From assembly GCA_964624055.1 (NCBI GenBank), contig CAZUXZ010000103.1, positions 1-48,467 of the forward strand: DNA of 48,467 bases. The letters are read 5' to 3'. Under the pieces are notes generated by a model that saw only the letters and a program-made list of their open reading frames with translations, had not been told where the DNA came from and made no database searches. A program made the position numbers and the translations under genes. This document shows, piece by piece, positions 33,424-42,087 of this stretch (position 1 is its first letter; each line of letters starts with the position of its first letter). Source of the stretch: an uncultured Rhizobiaceae bacterium (GTDB taxonomy: Bacteria; Pseudomonadota; Alphaproteobacteria; UBA828).

Positions 33424-34776
33424 TCACGCGCCCTGTTTGCGGCGCGGTTTTTTACGTGTCTTGGCGGATCCGAAGACACGGTCGAATACCGTGTCGACGT
33501 GGACAAGATAGGGCGTCGGGTCGAAACAGGCGGCGAGATCGGCGCGGCTCATACGCCCTCTGACCACATCGTCTGCCCATAGTTGTTCTTCGAATTCACC
33601 ACCCTCATGCCACACCTGCATAGCTTTCTGCTGCACGATGCGATAGGCGTCCTCGCGTGAAATACCGGCCTGAATGAGGGCGAGCAGCACGCGCTGGCTG
33701 TAAACCAGGCCGCCGAGGCTGTCGAGATTAGACTTCATCGCCTTCGGATAGATCAGCAGATTTTCAACTACTCCAGCGAGGCGGGAGAGGGCGAAGTCAA
33801 GCGCGATGGTGGTGTCCGGTGCAAACACCCGCTCTACCGAAGAGTGGGAAATATCCCGCTCGTGCCACAGCGCCATATTCTCCATCGCCGGCGTCACCGC
33901 AGCGCGTACGATGCGCGCGAGGCCGGTGAGGTTTTCGGTCAGGATCGGGTTACGCTTGTGCGGCATGGCCGAGGAGCCTTTCTGCCCCTTGGCGAAATAT
34001 TCCTCCGCCTCGCGCACCTCGGTACGCTGGAGGTGACGGATCTCGACGGCGAGCCGTTCGACTGAGGAGGCGATCAAGCCGAGGGCAGTGAAATAGGCGG
34101 CGTGGCGGTCGCGCGGAATCACCTGGGTCGAGACACGTTCGGGTCGCAAGCCGAGGCGCTTGGCAACATGCGTCTCGACGCTGGGATGGACGGAGGCGAA
34201 GGTGCCGACCGGGCCTGAGATGGCGCACGTCGCGATCTCCAGCTTGGCAATCGCCATGCGCTTGCGGGCGCGCTGAAACTCCGCGTAATGGCCGGCGAGC
34301 TTGAGGCCGAAGCTCGTCGGTTCGGCATGGATGCCGTGGCTACGCCCCACGCAGAGTGTTTTTCTGTGCTGCTTGGCGCGCCGTTTAAGCACCTTCACCA
34401 CCTGGTCGAGATCGGCGAGCAATAAGTCAGAGGCCTGGCAGAGCTGTACTGAGAGGCAGGTGTCGAGAACGTCGGAGGAGGTCAGTCCCTGATGGATGAA
34501 ACGTGAATGGGGCCCGACATATTTAGCGAGATTGGTGAGGAAAGCGATGACGTCATGACGGGTCTCGCGCTCGATCTTGTCGATCGCCTTCGGGTCGGTG
34601 ATTTGCGCCGAGTAGTTCTTCACCGCCTTCTTGAGCGAGGTCACTGCGGCCTTCGGCGCGATACCGAGCTCTGCCTGCTTCTCCAGGGCATAAAGCTCGA
34701 TATCGAGCCAGATTCGGAAGCGGTTTTTTGGCTCCCATATGGCGGTCATTTCCGCCCGGCTGTAACGCGGGATCAT
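33424..34776 (-). CDS. purB: Adenylosuccinate lyase
   Basis: MIPRYSRAEMTAIW N-terminus and fumarate-lyase signature GSSAMPHKRNP. Carries an extra basic C-terminal tail SAKTRKKPRRKQGA. Confidence 0.9.
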   Translation of the reverse strand: MIPRYSRAEMTAIWEPKNRFRIWLDIELYALEKQAELGIAPKAAVTSLKKAVKNYSAQITDPKAIDKIERETRHDVIAFLTNLAKYVGPHSRFIHQGLTSSDVLDTCLSVQLCQASDLLLADLDQVVKVLKRRAKQHRKTLCVGRSHGIHAEPTSFGLKLAGHYAEFQRARKRMAIAKLEIATCAISGPVGTFASVHPSVETHVAKRLGLRPERVSTQVIPRDRHAAYFTALGLIASSVERLAVEIRHLQRTEVREAEEYFAKGQKGSSAMPHKRNPILTENLTGLARIVRAAVTPAMENMALWHERDISHSSVERVFAPDTTIALDFALSRLAGVVENLLIYPKAMKSNLDSLGGLVYSQRVLLALIQAGISREDAYRIVQQKAMQVWHEGGEFEEQLWADDVVRGRMSRADLAACFDPTPYLVHVDTVFDRVFGSAKTRKKPRRKQGA

Positions 34777-34785
34777 AACGTTATG

Positions 34786-35553
34786 CTATTCTGCCGCTGC
34801 CTGCTTCTTGTCGTCCGATCCGTCGGTGGAGAAGTGGGCAAACATGCCGTCGAAGCGCTTCTTTTCCGGTGGTCGGTAGGTCTTGAGTTTGCTCGTGGTC
34901 TTGCCGAGCTCGACCAGGACTTCGGCTTGCTTAGTGGCACAGACGACGCCGTCGAGCACCGGTACACCGAGCTCATTCTCCAGTTCCTCCGCAAATTTGG
35001 CAAAACCGGCGCAGCCGAGACAGACTGCTTCGGCATCGTCCTCCTTAACCGAGCGGCGAACTTCGTCTTGCAGCTTGGCGTAACTGCCGATCGGGTCCTT
35101 CTCGATATCGAGAACATAGAGTGGTGTGGTGCGGATGGCGACGCATTTGTCCTGCATACCGTAGCCACGTACTAGCTCCTCCAGCATGGTGCGGATGCGC
35201 GGCACCACCGAAACGATGGAGAAGCGCGCCGCTAGCATGGCCGCAGTATAGAACGACGCTTCGGCGATGCCGATCACCGGCTTCTCGGTCATCTCGCGCG
35301 CGGCATGCAGTCCCGGATCGCCGTAGCAGGCAATGACATAGGCGTCGATGTCCTCTTCCTCGCCCTTACGCACTTCGTCGAGCACGCCGCAGGCAGCGAC
35401 ATATTCGTCATAGTAGGATTCGATCGAGGTGGGACCGAATTCCGGGCTGACATTGACGATCTCCGTGCCAGGTCGAGCGACGGAGCGCGCCGCCTCGCCG
35501 ATGCCCTCCGTCATTTCGAGCGTCGTGTTGGGATTAATGACTTTGATCCTCAT
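34786..35553 (-). CDS. Hydantoin racemase-like protein (Asp/Glu/hydantoin racemase family) with both catalytic Cys
   Basis: With start at ATG 35553 (GAGGAG SD), the motifs IACYGDPGL and LGCAGF place Cys at residues 76 and 181. That is the Cys pair recalled for characterised hydantoin racemases. Confidence 0.8.
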   Translation of the reverse strand: MRIKVINPNTTLEMTEGIGEAARSVARPGTEIVNVSPEFGPTSIESYYDEYVAACGVLDEVRKGEEEDIDAYVIACYGDPGLHAAREMTEKPVIGIAEASFYTAAMLAARFSIVSVVPRIRTMLEELVRGYGMQDKCVAIRTTPLYVLDIEKDPIGSYAKLQDEVRRSVKEDDAEAVCLGCAGFAKFAEELENELGVPVLDGVVCATKQAEVLVELGKTTSKLKTYRPPEKKRFDGMFAHFSTDGSDDKKQAAAE

Positions 35554-35578
35554 GGCTTCGCTCCTCAATTATTTTTGT

Positions 35579-37372
35579 CTATTTGGCACCGGCGCTGCGT
35601 CTTGCCGCCGTCGCCGCTGAATCCACATCCATTGTCGGCGTGATGACCACGCCATAGTCCTCTTGCGCGCGTTCGACAGAAATATAGCCGTCGAGTACGT
35701 CTTCCAAAACTTCCACCTCGGGTCGCGTCATCGGGTCGCCATAGCCGCCGCCGCAGGTGCCGGTGAGCGCGAGAGATTCGCCGGCCCTCACCGCGCGGTT
35801 CGGCATCATCGAGGGTAGCCCTTCGCGCATGCCTGTACCGTCGAGATATTCGAGGTTAGCGGTGTTTCCGTCGGAGCCGCCGTCATAGCCCCAGGGTGCG
35901 AATTTGTGGCCGTCACCCTCGACGGAGATGAAGCTATCCTCGAGGAACTCGACCTCGCGGATCGAGCCGATACCGCCGCGCCAGCGCCCGGCCGCGGCCG
36001 AATCGTCGCGCAGTTCGTAGCGCGTGACACGGAGCGGCGTATGAGATTCGATGTCCTCGATCGGGTTGTTGCGCGTATTGGCATATAGCGTATCGACCGC
36101 GTCCATACCGTCCTTGCCGTAGCGCCCGCCATAGCTGCCTTCGTGGATCTCCATATGCACCCAATGCTGCTCGCCCTTGATGCCGCTGAAGGCGACCACC
36201 TTGAGATTGCCCACCCCGGCGCCGACCTTGGTTGGCACCGCCTCGGTTAGCGCTTTCATCAGTGTGTCTGCAACAATATTGCCGGGTGCGAAGCGGGCGA
36301 TGGTGGGGGCTGGGAAGATCGGATTAGCCAGGCAGCCCTCGGGCGCTTCGATTTTGATCGGTCGCACCAGGCCAGAATTTTGTGGGATATGCCCATAGAC
36401 TGCGCTGTCCAGGAGGATCGATCGCAGTGTCAGCCATATGGCGCAATCTACCGTGCCTTCGAGCGGCATGTTGATCGGCCGGTCGTTGCATTGATCCGCC
36501 GTGCCGGCGAGATCTACGGTGAGATCGCTGCCCTTGACGGTCACCGTCACGACGATTTTGTAATCGCGCCGCTGGGGATCGTTAAGGAAGCCGTCAAAAT
36601 GCCCGACCGCGCTGTAACTGCCGTCGGGCAGCTCCTCGATCGCTTGGCGCATGAGACGCTCGGAATAATTCATTAGGGCGTCGGAAGCGGCCCGGACAGT
36701 GGCGAGATCGTAACCCTCGATCAGCTCCAAGAAACGCTCGGCGCCGATGCGCGAAGCTGCGACCTGGGCTTCCATATCGCCGACCACCAGATCGGAGGCG
36801 CGGATATTGTCGCGCAGGATGCACCACAGGGCCTCGTTTTTGATCCCCTTGTCATAGGCCTTGAGTGCCTTGAACTGCAGGCCCTCGGCATAGGCGTCCA
36901 TTGCGTCGACGATACCGCAGCTGCCCGGGCTCAAAGCGCCGATATCGAGATGATGCGCGGTGGTGACAGAATAGCCGACCAGCGTGTCGCCGTCGACGAA
37001 GACTGGCACGATGAAGGCGACGTCGGGCCCGTGGCTCGCGCCGTGATAGGCCGAGTTGTGGATGATCACATCGCCCGGATTGAGCGTATCGCCACGCTCC
37101 TCGAATAGTTGGTGCATGCCCTTCACATAGCCCGGAATCGGCCCGCTTTGAAGCGGCGTGCTCTGTTTCGATTCGCAAAGTTGGCGACCCTCGGTGTCGA
37201 TGATCGCCGCGCCGAAATCCTCGGATTCGCGGATGATCGAGGAATAGGACATACGCATCAGCTTGTAGCCCATCTCGACCGCGATATTCTCCAGAGCGCC
37301 CTGGATGACGTTGGCAGTGACAGGGTCGATCGTCCTTGCGTTCGGGCAGTTCTGGCTGCCATTTCCGGTCAT
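35579..37372 (-). CDS. Hydantoinase B/oxoprolinase-family protein (HyuB-type subunit)
   Basis: 597 aa with N-terminal DPVTANVIQGAL typical of HyuB. Starts 5 nt after the HyuA-type stop. Confidence 0.9.
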   Translation of the reverse strand: MTGNGSQNCPNARTIDPVTANVIQGALENIAVEMGYKLMRMSYSSIIRESEDFGAAIIDTEGRQLCESKQSTPLQSGPIPGYVKGMHQLFEERGDTLNPGDVIIHNSAYHGASHGPDVAFIVPVFVDGDTLVGYSVTTAHHLDIGALSPGSCGIVDAMDAYAEGLQFKALKAYDKGIKNEALWCILRDNIRASDLVVGDMEAQVAASRIGAERFLELIEGYDLATVRAASDALMNYSERLMRQAIEELPDGSYSAVGHFDGFLNDPQRRDYKIVVTVTVKGSDLTVDLAGTADQCNDRPINMPLEGTVDCAIWLTLRSILLDSAVYGHIPQNSGLVRPIKIEAPEGCLANPIFPAPTIARFAPGNIVADTLMKALTEAVPTKVGAGVGNLKVVAFSGIKGEQHWVHMEIHEGSYGGRYGKDGMDAVDTLYANTRNNPIEDIESHTPLRVTRYELRDDSAAAGRWRGGIGSIREVEFLEDSFISVEGDGHKFAPWGYDGGSDGNTANLEYLDGTGMREGLPSMMPNRAVRAGESLALTGTCGGGYGDPMTRPEVEVLEDVLDGYISVERAQEDYGVVITPTMDVDSAATAARRSAGAK

Positions 37373-37377
37373 CTCAA

Positions 37378-39447
37378 TCAGCCTTTCGTCAGTATCAGGT
37401 TCGCCGCTGCGTCGAGGTTGGCGGTCCAGCTAGGCGGAACCACTGTGGTGGTGTCCTTCTGCAGAATCACCGCCGGGCCGGTAATCGCTGTCTCTGCCGG
37501 TAGCTTAGCACGATTGTAGAAATTGGTTTCCAGCCTTTGCAGTGCACCATCGACGCGGAACACGGAATTCGCCGATTTCACCAGGGCGGCGTCTATTGAG
37601 TCGCCCGTCGGCGCCGGTGGATTGGCGATTTTCGGCATTTTGCCGACGCCGGTAAGGCGGATATTGACGATCTCGATTGGGCTGTCGGCGAAGAAATGAC
37701 CGTATTCCTGCTCATGCAGCTCGTGAAAGGCCTGCCATACCTGTTTCAGCGCCGCGTCGCCGATCTTGCCGCCGGGCACCGGTACGCGCAGCTCGTAGCC
37801 CTGACCGACATAGCGCAGATCGCCGAAGCGCAATTGTTTGACCTCGTCTTCGGTCAGACCGTCTGAGGCAAATTGCTCTAGCAGTTCGGCGCTCAGCGTT
37901 TCGAAATCGCGGTTGATCTTGGCGAGCTCGACCGAGCCCTTGACCTGAAACTCCGTCTTAATCTGGTCGTATTTAAGGTCGGTCGTCAGCAACCCGGCGG
38001 CGGATGTGATGCCGGGATGAGGCGGCACGACCACTTCGGGGATGCCCAACAGGTCCGCCACCTCGGCGCCGTGCAATGGCCCGGCACCGCCGAAGGCAAC
38101 GAGGGAGAAGGTGCGGGGATCAATACCCTTCTGTACCGTCTTGGCGCGGATCGCGTTGGCCATATTGCTATTCATGATGGTGAGCACGCCCTCGGCGGCC
38201 TCAAAACGCTCGAGGCCGAGCTTCTCTGCCAGGCCGTCGATTGCTTTCTCTGCCGCTGCCGCGTTGAGCGCCATGCTTCCGCCGAGGAAATTGTTGGGAT
38301 CGAGTCGTCCGAGGGCAAGATTGGCGTCGGTCACTGTCGGCTCTGTGCCACCTTGATCGTAGCAGGCAGGGCCTGGCCTGGCACCGGCGCTTTGCGGGCC
38401 GACCTTGAAGCCTCCGCCGGCATCGACATAGGCGATTGAGCCTCCGCCGGCACCGATGGTACCGATATCAATCATCGCAACGAGGATGGGATATCCGCCG
38501 ATCCAGGTATCGCGCGCCGTCGCCTCGCTGTATTGGCCGTTGTCGACGATACCGATATCAGCGCTGGTCCCGCCGACGTCAAAGGTAATCAGACGTTTGC
38601 GTCCCGAAAGTCCCGCCGTCCAGGCGCCGCCAAGCACGCCCGCTGCAGGACCAGAGAGAAGCGTGACTACCGGCAGCTCGGCCACGGTCTGCGCCGTTGC
38701 GACGCCACCATTTGAACCCATGATGTGGAGGTCGGCACCGAGGCCCGCTTCGTTTAGTCGCCCGCCGAAACGCTGCACATAATTGCGCACTTTGGGGCCG
38801 ATAAAGGCGTTCATCGAGGCGGTGGTAAAGCGCTCGAACTCCCGGAACTGCGGCGCGACCCGGGCCGAAGTGGCGACGAAAGCTTCCGGATATTCCTCTA
38901 GCACGATTTCACGCGCGCGCTGCTCATGCTTGGGCTCAAGATAGGAAAACAGGAAGCAGATGGCGATCGCCGCAATGCCGGCTTGTTTAAACTCGCGCGC
39001 CGCCTGGCGCACCGCCTCCTCGTCGAGCGGCACCAGCACTTCTCCCGTTGGCGGGGTGAGGCGCTCGGGCACCGTCTTGCGGTGGCGTCGGCGCACCAGC
39101 GGGCGCGACTGCCACGGGATGTCCTGCATGATGGAATAGTTTTCGGGACGCTGATGGCGGCCTATATGGATGATATCACGATAGCCCTTGCTGGTGATCA
39201 TGCCGGTCAGCGCGCCATCGTTCTCCAAGACTGCGTTGGTGGCGATGGTGGTGCCGTGAAACACGTGATCGATATCGCCCGGTGCGATGCCAGAGCGTTT
39301 GCACAGTTCGGCGATGCCCGCCGTTGCGCCGATGCTCGGGTCCTCTGGAGTTGTCGGGACCTTATGAATCTCCGTTTGGTGCGTGTCGCTATTGGTGATG
39401 ATCAAATCGGTGAATGTGCCGCCGACATCAACGCCGATCAAATTCAT
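37378..39447 (-). CDS. Hydantoinase/oxoprolinase-family protein (HyuA-type, ATP-binding subunit)
   Basis: 689 aa with N-terminal IGVDVGGTFTD actin-fold ATPase motif. Confidence 0.9.
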   Translation of the reverse strand: MNLIGVDVGGTFTDLIITNSDTHQTEIHKVPTTPEDPSIGATAGIAELCKRSGIAPGDIDHVFHGTTIATNAVLENDGALTGMITSKGYRDIIHIGRHQRPENYSIMQDIPWQSRPLVRRRHRKTVPERLTPPTGEVLVPLDEEAVRQAAREFKQAGIAAIAICFLFSYLEPKHEQRAREIVLEEYPEAFVATSARVAPQFREFERFTTASMNAFIGPKVRNYVQRFGGRLNEAGLGADLHIMGSNGGVATAQTVAELPVVTLLSGPAAGVLGGAWTAGLSGRKRLITFDVGGTSADIGIVDNGQYSEATARDTWIGGYPILVAMIDIGTIGAGGGSIAYVDAGGGFKVGPQSAGARPGPACYDQGGTEPTVTDANLALGRLDPNNFLGGSMALNAAAAEKAIDGLAEKLGLERFEAAEGVLTIMNSNMANAIRAKTVQKGIDPRTFSLVAFGGAGPLHGAEVADLLGIPEVVVPPHPGITSAAGLLTTDLKYDQIKTEFQVKGSVELAKINRDFETLSAELLEQFASDGLTEDEVKQLRFGDLRYVGQGYELRVPVPGGKIGDAALKQVWQAFHELHEQEYGHFFADSPIEIVNIRLTGVGKMPKIANPPAPTGDSIDAALVKSANSVFRVDGALQRLETNFYNRAKLPAETAITGPAVILQKDTTTVVPPSWTANLDAAANLILTKG

Positions 39448-39582
39448 AATCTTCCCGCCAATTTTCTCGCCTGGGATGTGGGTCTTCGTGCTGGGGGCGC
39501 AGTTTGAGACCCGCCCCAGCCGCCGTCAAGGACTACGGCTTGTGGAGCTGGTTCTTTCCCAAAGGCCGTGAATAGGTCATCA

Positions 39583-39600
39583 TGTCCGGACAAATATAAT
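39583..39600 (+). promoter_or_regulatory. Perfect 10-bp palindrome TGTCCGGACA abutting a consensus TATAAT box upstream of the second racemase paralog
   Basis: Palindrome at 39583-39592 and TATAAT at 39595-39600, about 33 nt upstream of ATG 39633, within the 185-nt divergent hyuA/racemase spacer. No convincing -35 box. Confidence 0.35.
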
Positions 39601-39632
39601 GCCGTCAATAACAGCCATCAGGGGAGACCGTC

Positions 39633-40400
39633 ATGGCCAAAGTATTGGTAATCGTACCCTTCGCCTTCGATGAAAGCGGTATGGGCAATCGCCGCGCGCA
39701 ACTCGATTCGGTCTCGTTCGGTCCAGACATCGAATTCGATTTCCGCGGTGTTAAGGCGGGTCCCGCCATTCTTGACTGTTATCACGACTATCTACTCGGT
39801 GATCTCGCCCTATTCGAGGCGGCGATGACTGCCCAGGACGAGGGCTATAACGCGGTCTGTATAGACACCATGAGCGATTCTGGCATGAACGCCATGCGCT
39901 CTGTGCTTGACATCCCGGTGATCGGACCGGGACGCGCCTCCTATCTGATGGCGCTTATGATGGGCAGCAAATTTTCTGTTGTCACGCAATGGGATGGTTG
40001 GATTCCGCTCTACAAGAAAACCGCCCAAGAGTATGGCATGAATGACCGCCTCGCCTCTGTACGCTCAATCAACGTCATGCCAGACGTTGCCAACCTGCTC
40101 GGCGGCAAGGAGGAAGACGTTTTCCCCAAGCTCGTTGCCTGCGCCAACCAATGTATCGAGGAGGATGGCGCCGAGGTGATCCTGCTTGGCTCTACCACCA
40201 TGCATCAGGCGCATGGCCATATGGCTGAGAACCTCTCCGTGCCGGTGATCAATCCTGGTCCGCTGACATATAAGATGGCGGAGATGTTTCTAGGGTTGGG
40301 CCTGTCCCACAGTCGCAAGGCTTATCCCAAGCCCAGCGTGCCTAAGCCGTCGATGATAAAAGATATGATGGACGCAGCGGCGAAAAGTAGTGACGCTTAG
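39633..40400 (+). CDS. Asp/Glu/hydantoin racemase-family paralog lacking the second catalytic Cys (LGSTTM instead of LGCAGF)
   Basis: GGGGAGA SD. The first-Cys motif is retained (NAVCIDTMSDSG, Cys76). Ser occupies the position aligned with Cys181. Confidence 0.78.
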   Translation: MAKVLVIVPFAFDESGMGNRRAQLDSVSFGPDIEFDFRGVKAGPAILDCYHDYLLGDLALFEAAMTAQDEGYNAVCIDTMSDSGMNAMRSVLDIPVIGPGRASYLMALMMGSKFSVVTQWDGWIPLYKKTAQEYGMNDRLASVRSINVMPDVANLLGGKEEDVFPKLVACANQCIEEDGAEVILLGSTTMHQAHGHMAENLSVPVINPGPLTYKMAEMFLGLGLSHSRKAYPKPSVPKPSMIKDMMDAAAKSSDA

Positions 40401-40757
40401 CATTGCTCTGGCGTTGTGTCACTCTCTAGGTCGAGCGGCGGTTCAATACAGACGCCGGGGGCGGCTTCCACTCGGTCAGACGGCGGTTCGTAACGCATAA
40501 CGACCCTGTTGGTGGACTTATCAAGATCGACCAGCCTTCATTGAGCGGGCGGATAGGAATGGCGTAGCGCAGATAGCAACCGGAGATCGATTTTGTAGTC
40601 CTCTGCCCCTCTTCCGAACGACCGAACAAGGCGATGGCTCCGGTCAATCTCATGCCCCAAAAACGTCGTGCAATAATCCAACAGCGCCTGCTCGGTAAAG
40701 ATCACAGGCTTATACAGATTCTGGACTCGCCAAGGGTCCGGATGGCAACTGATCAGT
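40397..40757 (-). pseudogene. Truncated, TGA-interrupted remnant resembling the C-terminal half of tRNA (m7G46) methyltransferase TrmB
   Basis: A single frame reads ..HPDPW..(FPDPW-like)..GAEDY..LRLLSALRHS..*..MRYEPP.., paralleling alphaproteobacterial TrmB motifs FPDPW / SDIDDY / LRHLLRHP / TRYE. No start codon and no SAM-binding half (that space is occupied by map). In-frame TGA at 40538-40540. Confidence 0.4.
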
Positions 40758-40758
40758 C

Positions 40759-41604
40759 TTATTCGTAGGGTGGTTTGGTGTAGCCCGCAGGCGAGAGGGT
40801 GAATATTTCGGCACCCCCGGCGGTGATGCCAATACTGTGTTCGAACTGGGCCGAAAGCGAGCGGTCTTTGGTGACGGCCGTCCAGCCGTCCTTCAACAGT
40901 TTTACCTGCCAGGTGCCAAGATTGATCATCGGCTCGACGGTGAAGAACATGCCTTCCTTGAGTTCCAGCCCTTTTCCCGCCTCGCCGTAATGCACCACAT
41001 TGGGAGCATCGTGAAAGATTCGGCCGATGCCGTGGCCACAAAAATCTCGCACAACGCCGCAGCGGTGGCCCTCGGCATAACTTTGTATAGCGTGCCCGAT
41101 ATCGCCTAGCGTTGCACCGGGCTTAGCTTCGGCGATGCCCAGCATCATCGCCTCATAGGTGATGTCCACTAGGCGGCGCGCTTTAGCAGAAGGTTTGCCG
41201 ACGAAGAACATGCGGCTCGAGTCGCCGTGCCAGCCATTTAGAATGACAGTCACGTCGATATTCACGATATCGCCTTTTTGCAGCCGCTTTTCGCTCGGAA
41301 TGCCGTGGCAAACGACATGGTTGATTGAGGTGCAGATCGACTTGGGGTAGCCGCGATAGCCGAGTGGCGCTGATACCGCGCCGCGGTTGACGGTCGTCTC
41401 GTCGCACAGTCGATCGAGCTCGTTAGTAGTGATGCCGGGTAAGATATAAGGCGAGATATAGTCTAGCACTTCCGCCGCCAGGCGGCCGGCCCGGCGCATG
41501 GCCTCGAAATCCTCCGAGCCATGAATCTTGACGCTGCGTTCTGCGACCTCGGCGCTATGCACGGCCGGCTCTGCCGCAGGCCGGCTTCGTTTGGTTTCGT
41601 ACAA
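40759..41604 (-). CDS. map: Type I methionyl aminopeptidase
   Basis: Metal ligands in VCHGIP, DIVNIDV, GHGIG and EPM contexts. Non-ATG (TTG) start at 41604. An in-frame GTG a few codons downstream is an alternative start. Confidence 0.93.
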   Translation of the reverse strand: MYETKRSRPAAEPAVHSAEVAERSVKIHGSEDFEAMRRAGRLAAEVLDYISPYILPGITTNELDRLCDETTVNRGAVSAPLGYRGYPKSICTSINHVVCHGIPSEKRLQKGDIVNIDVTVILNGWHGDSSRMFFVGKPSAKARRLVDITYEAMMLGIAEAKPGATLGDIGHAIQSYAEGHRCGVVRDFCGHGIGRIFHDAPNVVHYGEAGKGLELKEGMFFTVEPMINLGTWQVKLLKDGWTAVTKDRSLSAQFEHSIGITAGGAEIFTLSPAGYTKPPYE

Positions 41605-41745
41605 TTCGCCTACTTTCTAATTTCGCGCGCCGATGTTGGCGCAGGGGAACACCAGTCCGGAGTATAATAACAGCATTATTCGCCGATGCATAAATTACCG
41701 ATTTGGGTGGAGGGCCAGCTAGAGCCGCCCATACTGAACTTTTGT

Positions 41746-42057
41746 TCATTTCATTTGTAACACATAGACACCGTCCCAATCAGGGGCGGTCGGTTGCTCG
41801 GTGTAGTCCTTGATCCGCTCCAAATAGACGGCATGTAGTTGTTCAAGGCTGAACTAATCGGTTTCGCGGTAGTTTTCCAGAATTTTGCTCGCCTCGCCCC
41901 AGTCTTGAGCGCGGTATGCGGTTTGGAAAGCGCGGTAATTATCCGTAAGGACTGGGAACACCTCCGATTCCATGTAGATTTTAACAGGTGCTGATAAGGC
42001 ACTTCTTGTTGACATCATTAACACGTCGGGTTTCTGGAAGGAAATATCGTGCTTCAC
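41746..42057 (-). pseudogene. Amber-interrupted remnant resembling the C-terminal tail of a class III adenylate/guanylate cyclase
   Basis: The 67-aa ORF (41854-42057) continues in the same frame after TAG (41854-41856) for 35 more sense codons: ...ENYRETD*FSLEQLHAVYLERIKDYTEQPTAPDWDGVYVLQMK. PVKIYME plus the TPR-like Y..A..W..A and the P..DWDGV...K ending recall cyclase C-termini. There is no cyclase domain upstream because sfsA ends at 42088. Confidence 0.35.
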
Positions 42058-42087
42058 AACCGGCCCCCGAATATTAAAGATAATTGG

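Noticed and set aside
38926-39507. Long antisense ORFs inside GC-rich genes (for example 38926-39507, 38017-38439, 7061-7753, 5894-6535, 32688-33563, 34507-35175, 14202-15026, 11869-12588)
   Set aside because: They lie opposite or out of frame to genes with clear family motifs, have Arg/Ala/Pro-rich low-complexity translations typical of shadow frames in GC-rich DNA, and lack SD sites.
40538-40540. Recoding (selenocysteine at TGA 40538-40540, pyrrolysine or readthrough at TAG 41854-41856) as the explanation for the two in-frame stops
   Set aside because: No SECIS-like hairpin is evident immediately downstream. Both ORFs also lack proper starts and N-terminal domains. TGA and TAG terminate many well-supported genes in this window. 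Pseudogenisation is the simpler explanation.
40426-41041. ORF-track entries 40426-40653 (75 aa) and 40538-41041 (167 aa)
   Set aside because: The 167-aa ORF is mostly a shadow frame over map. Only its last ~70 codons look meaningful, and those are covered by the TrmB-like remnant. The 75-aa ORF is an alternative frame of the same decayed region.
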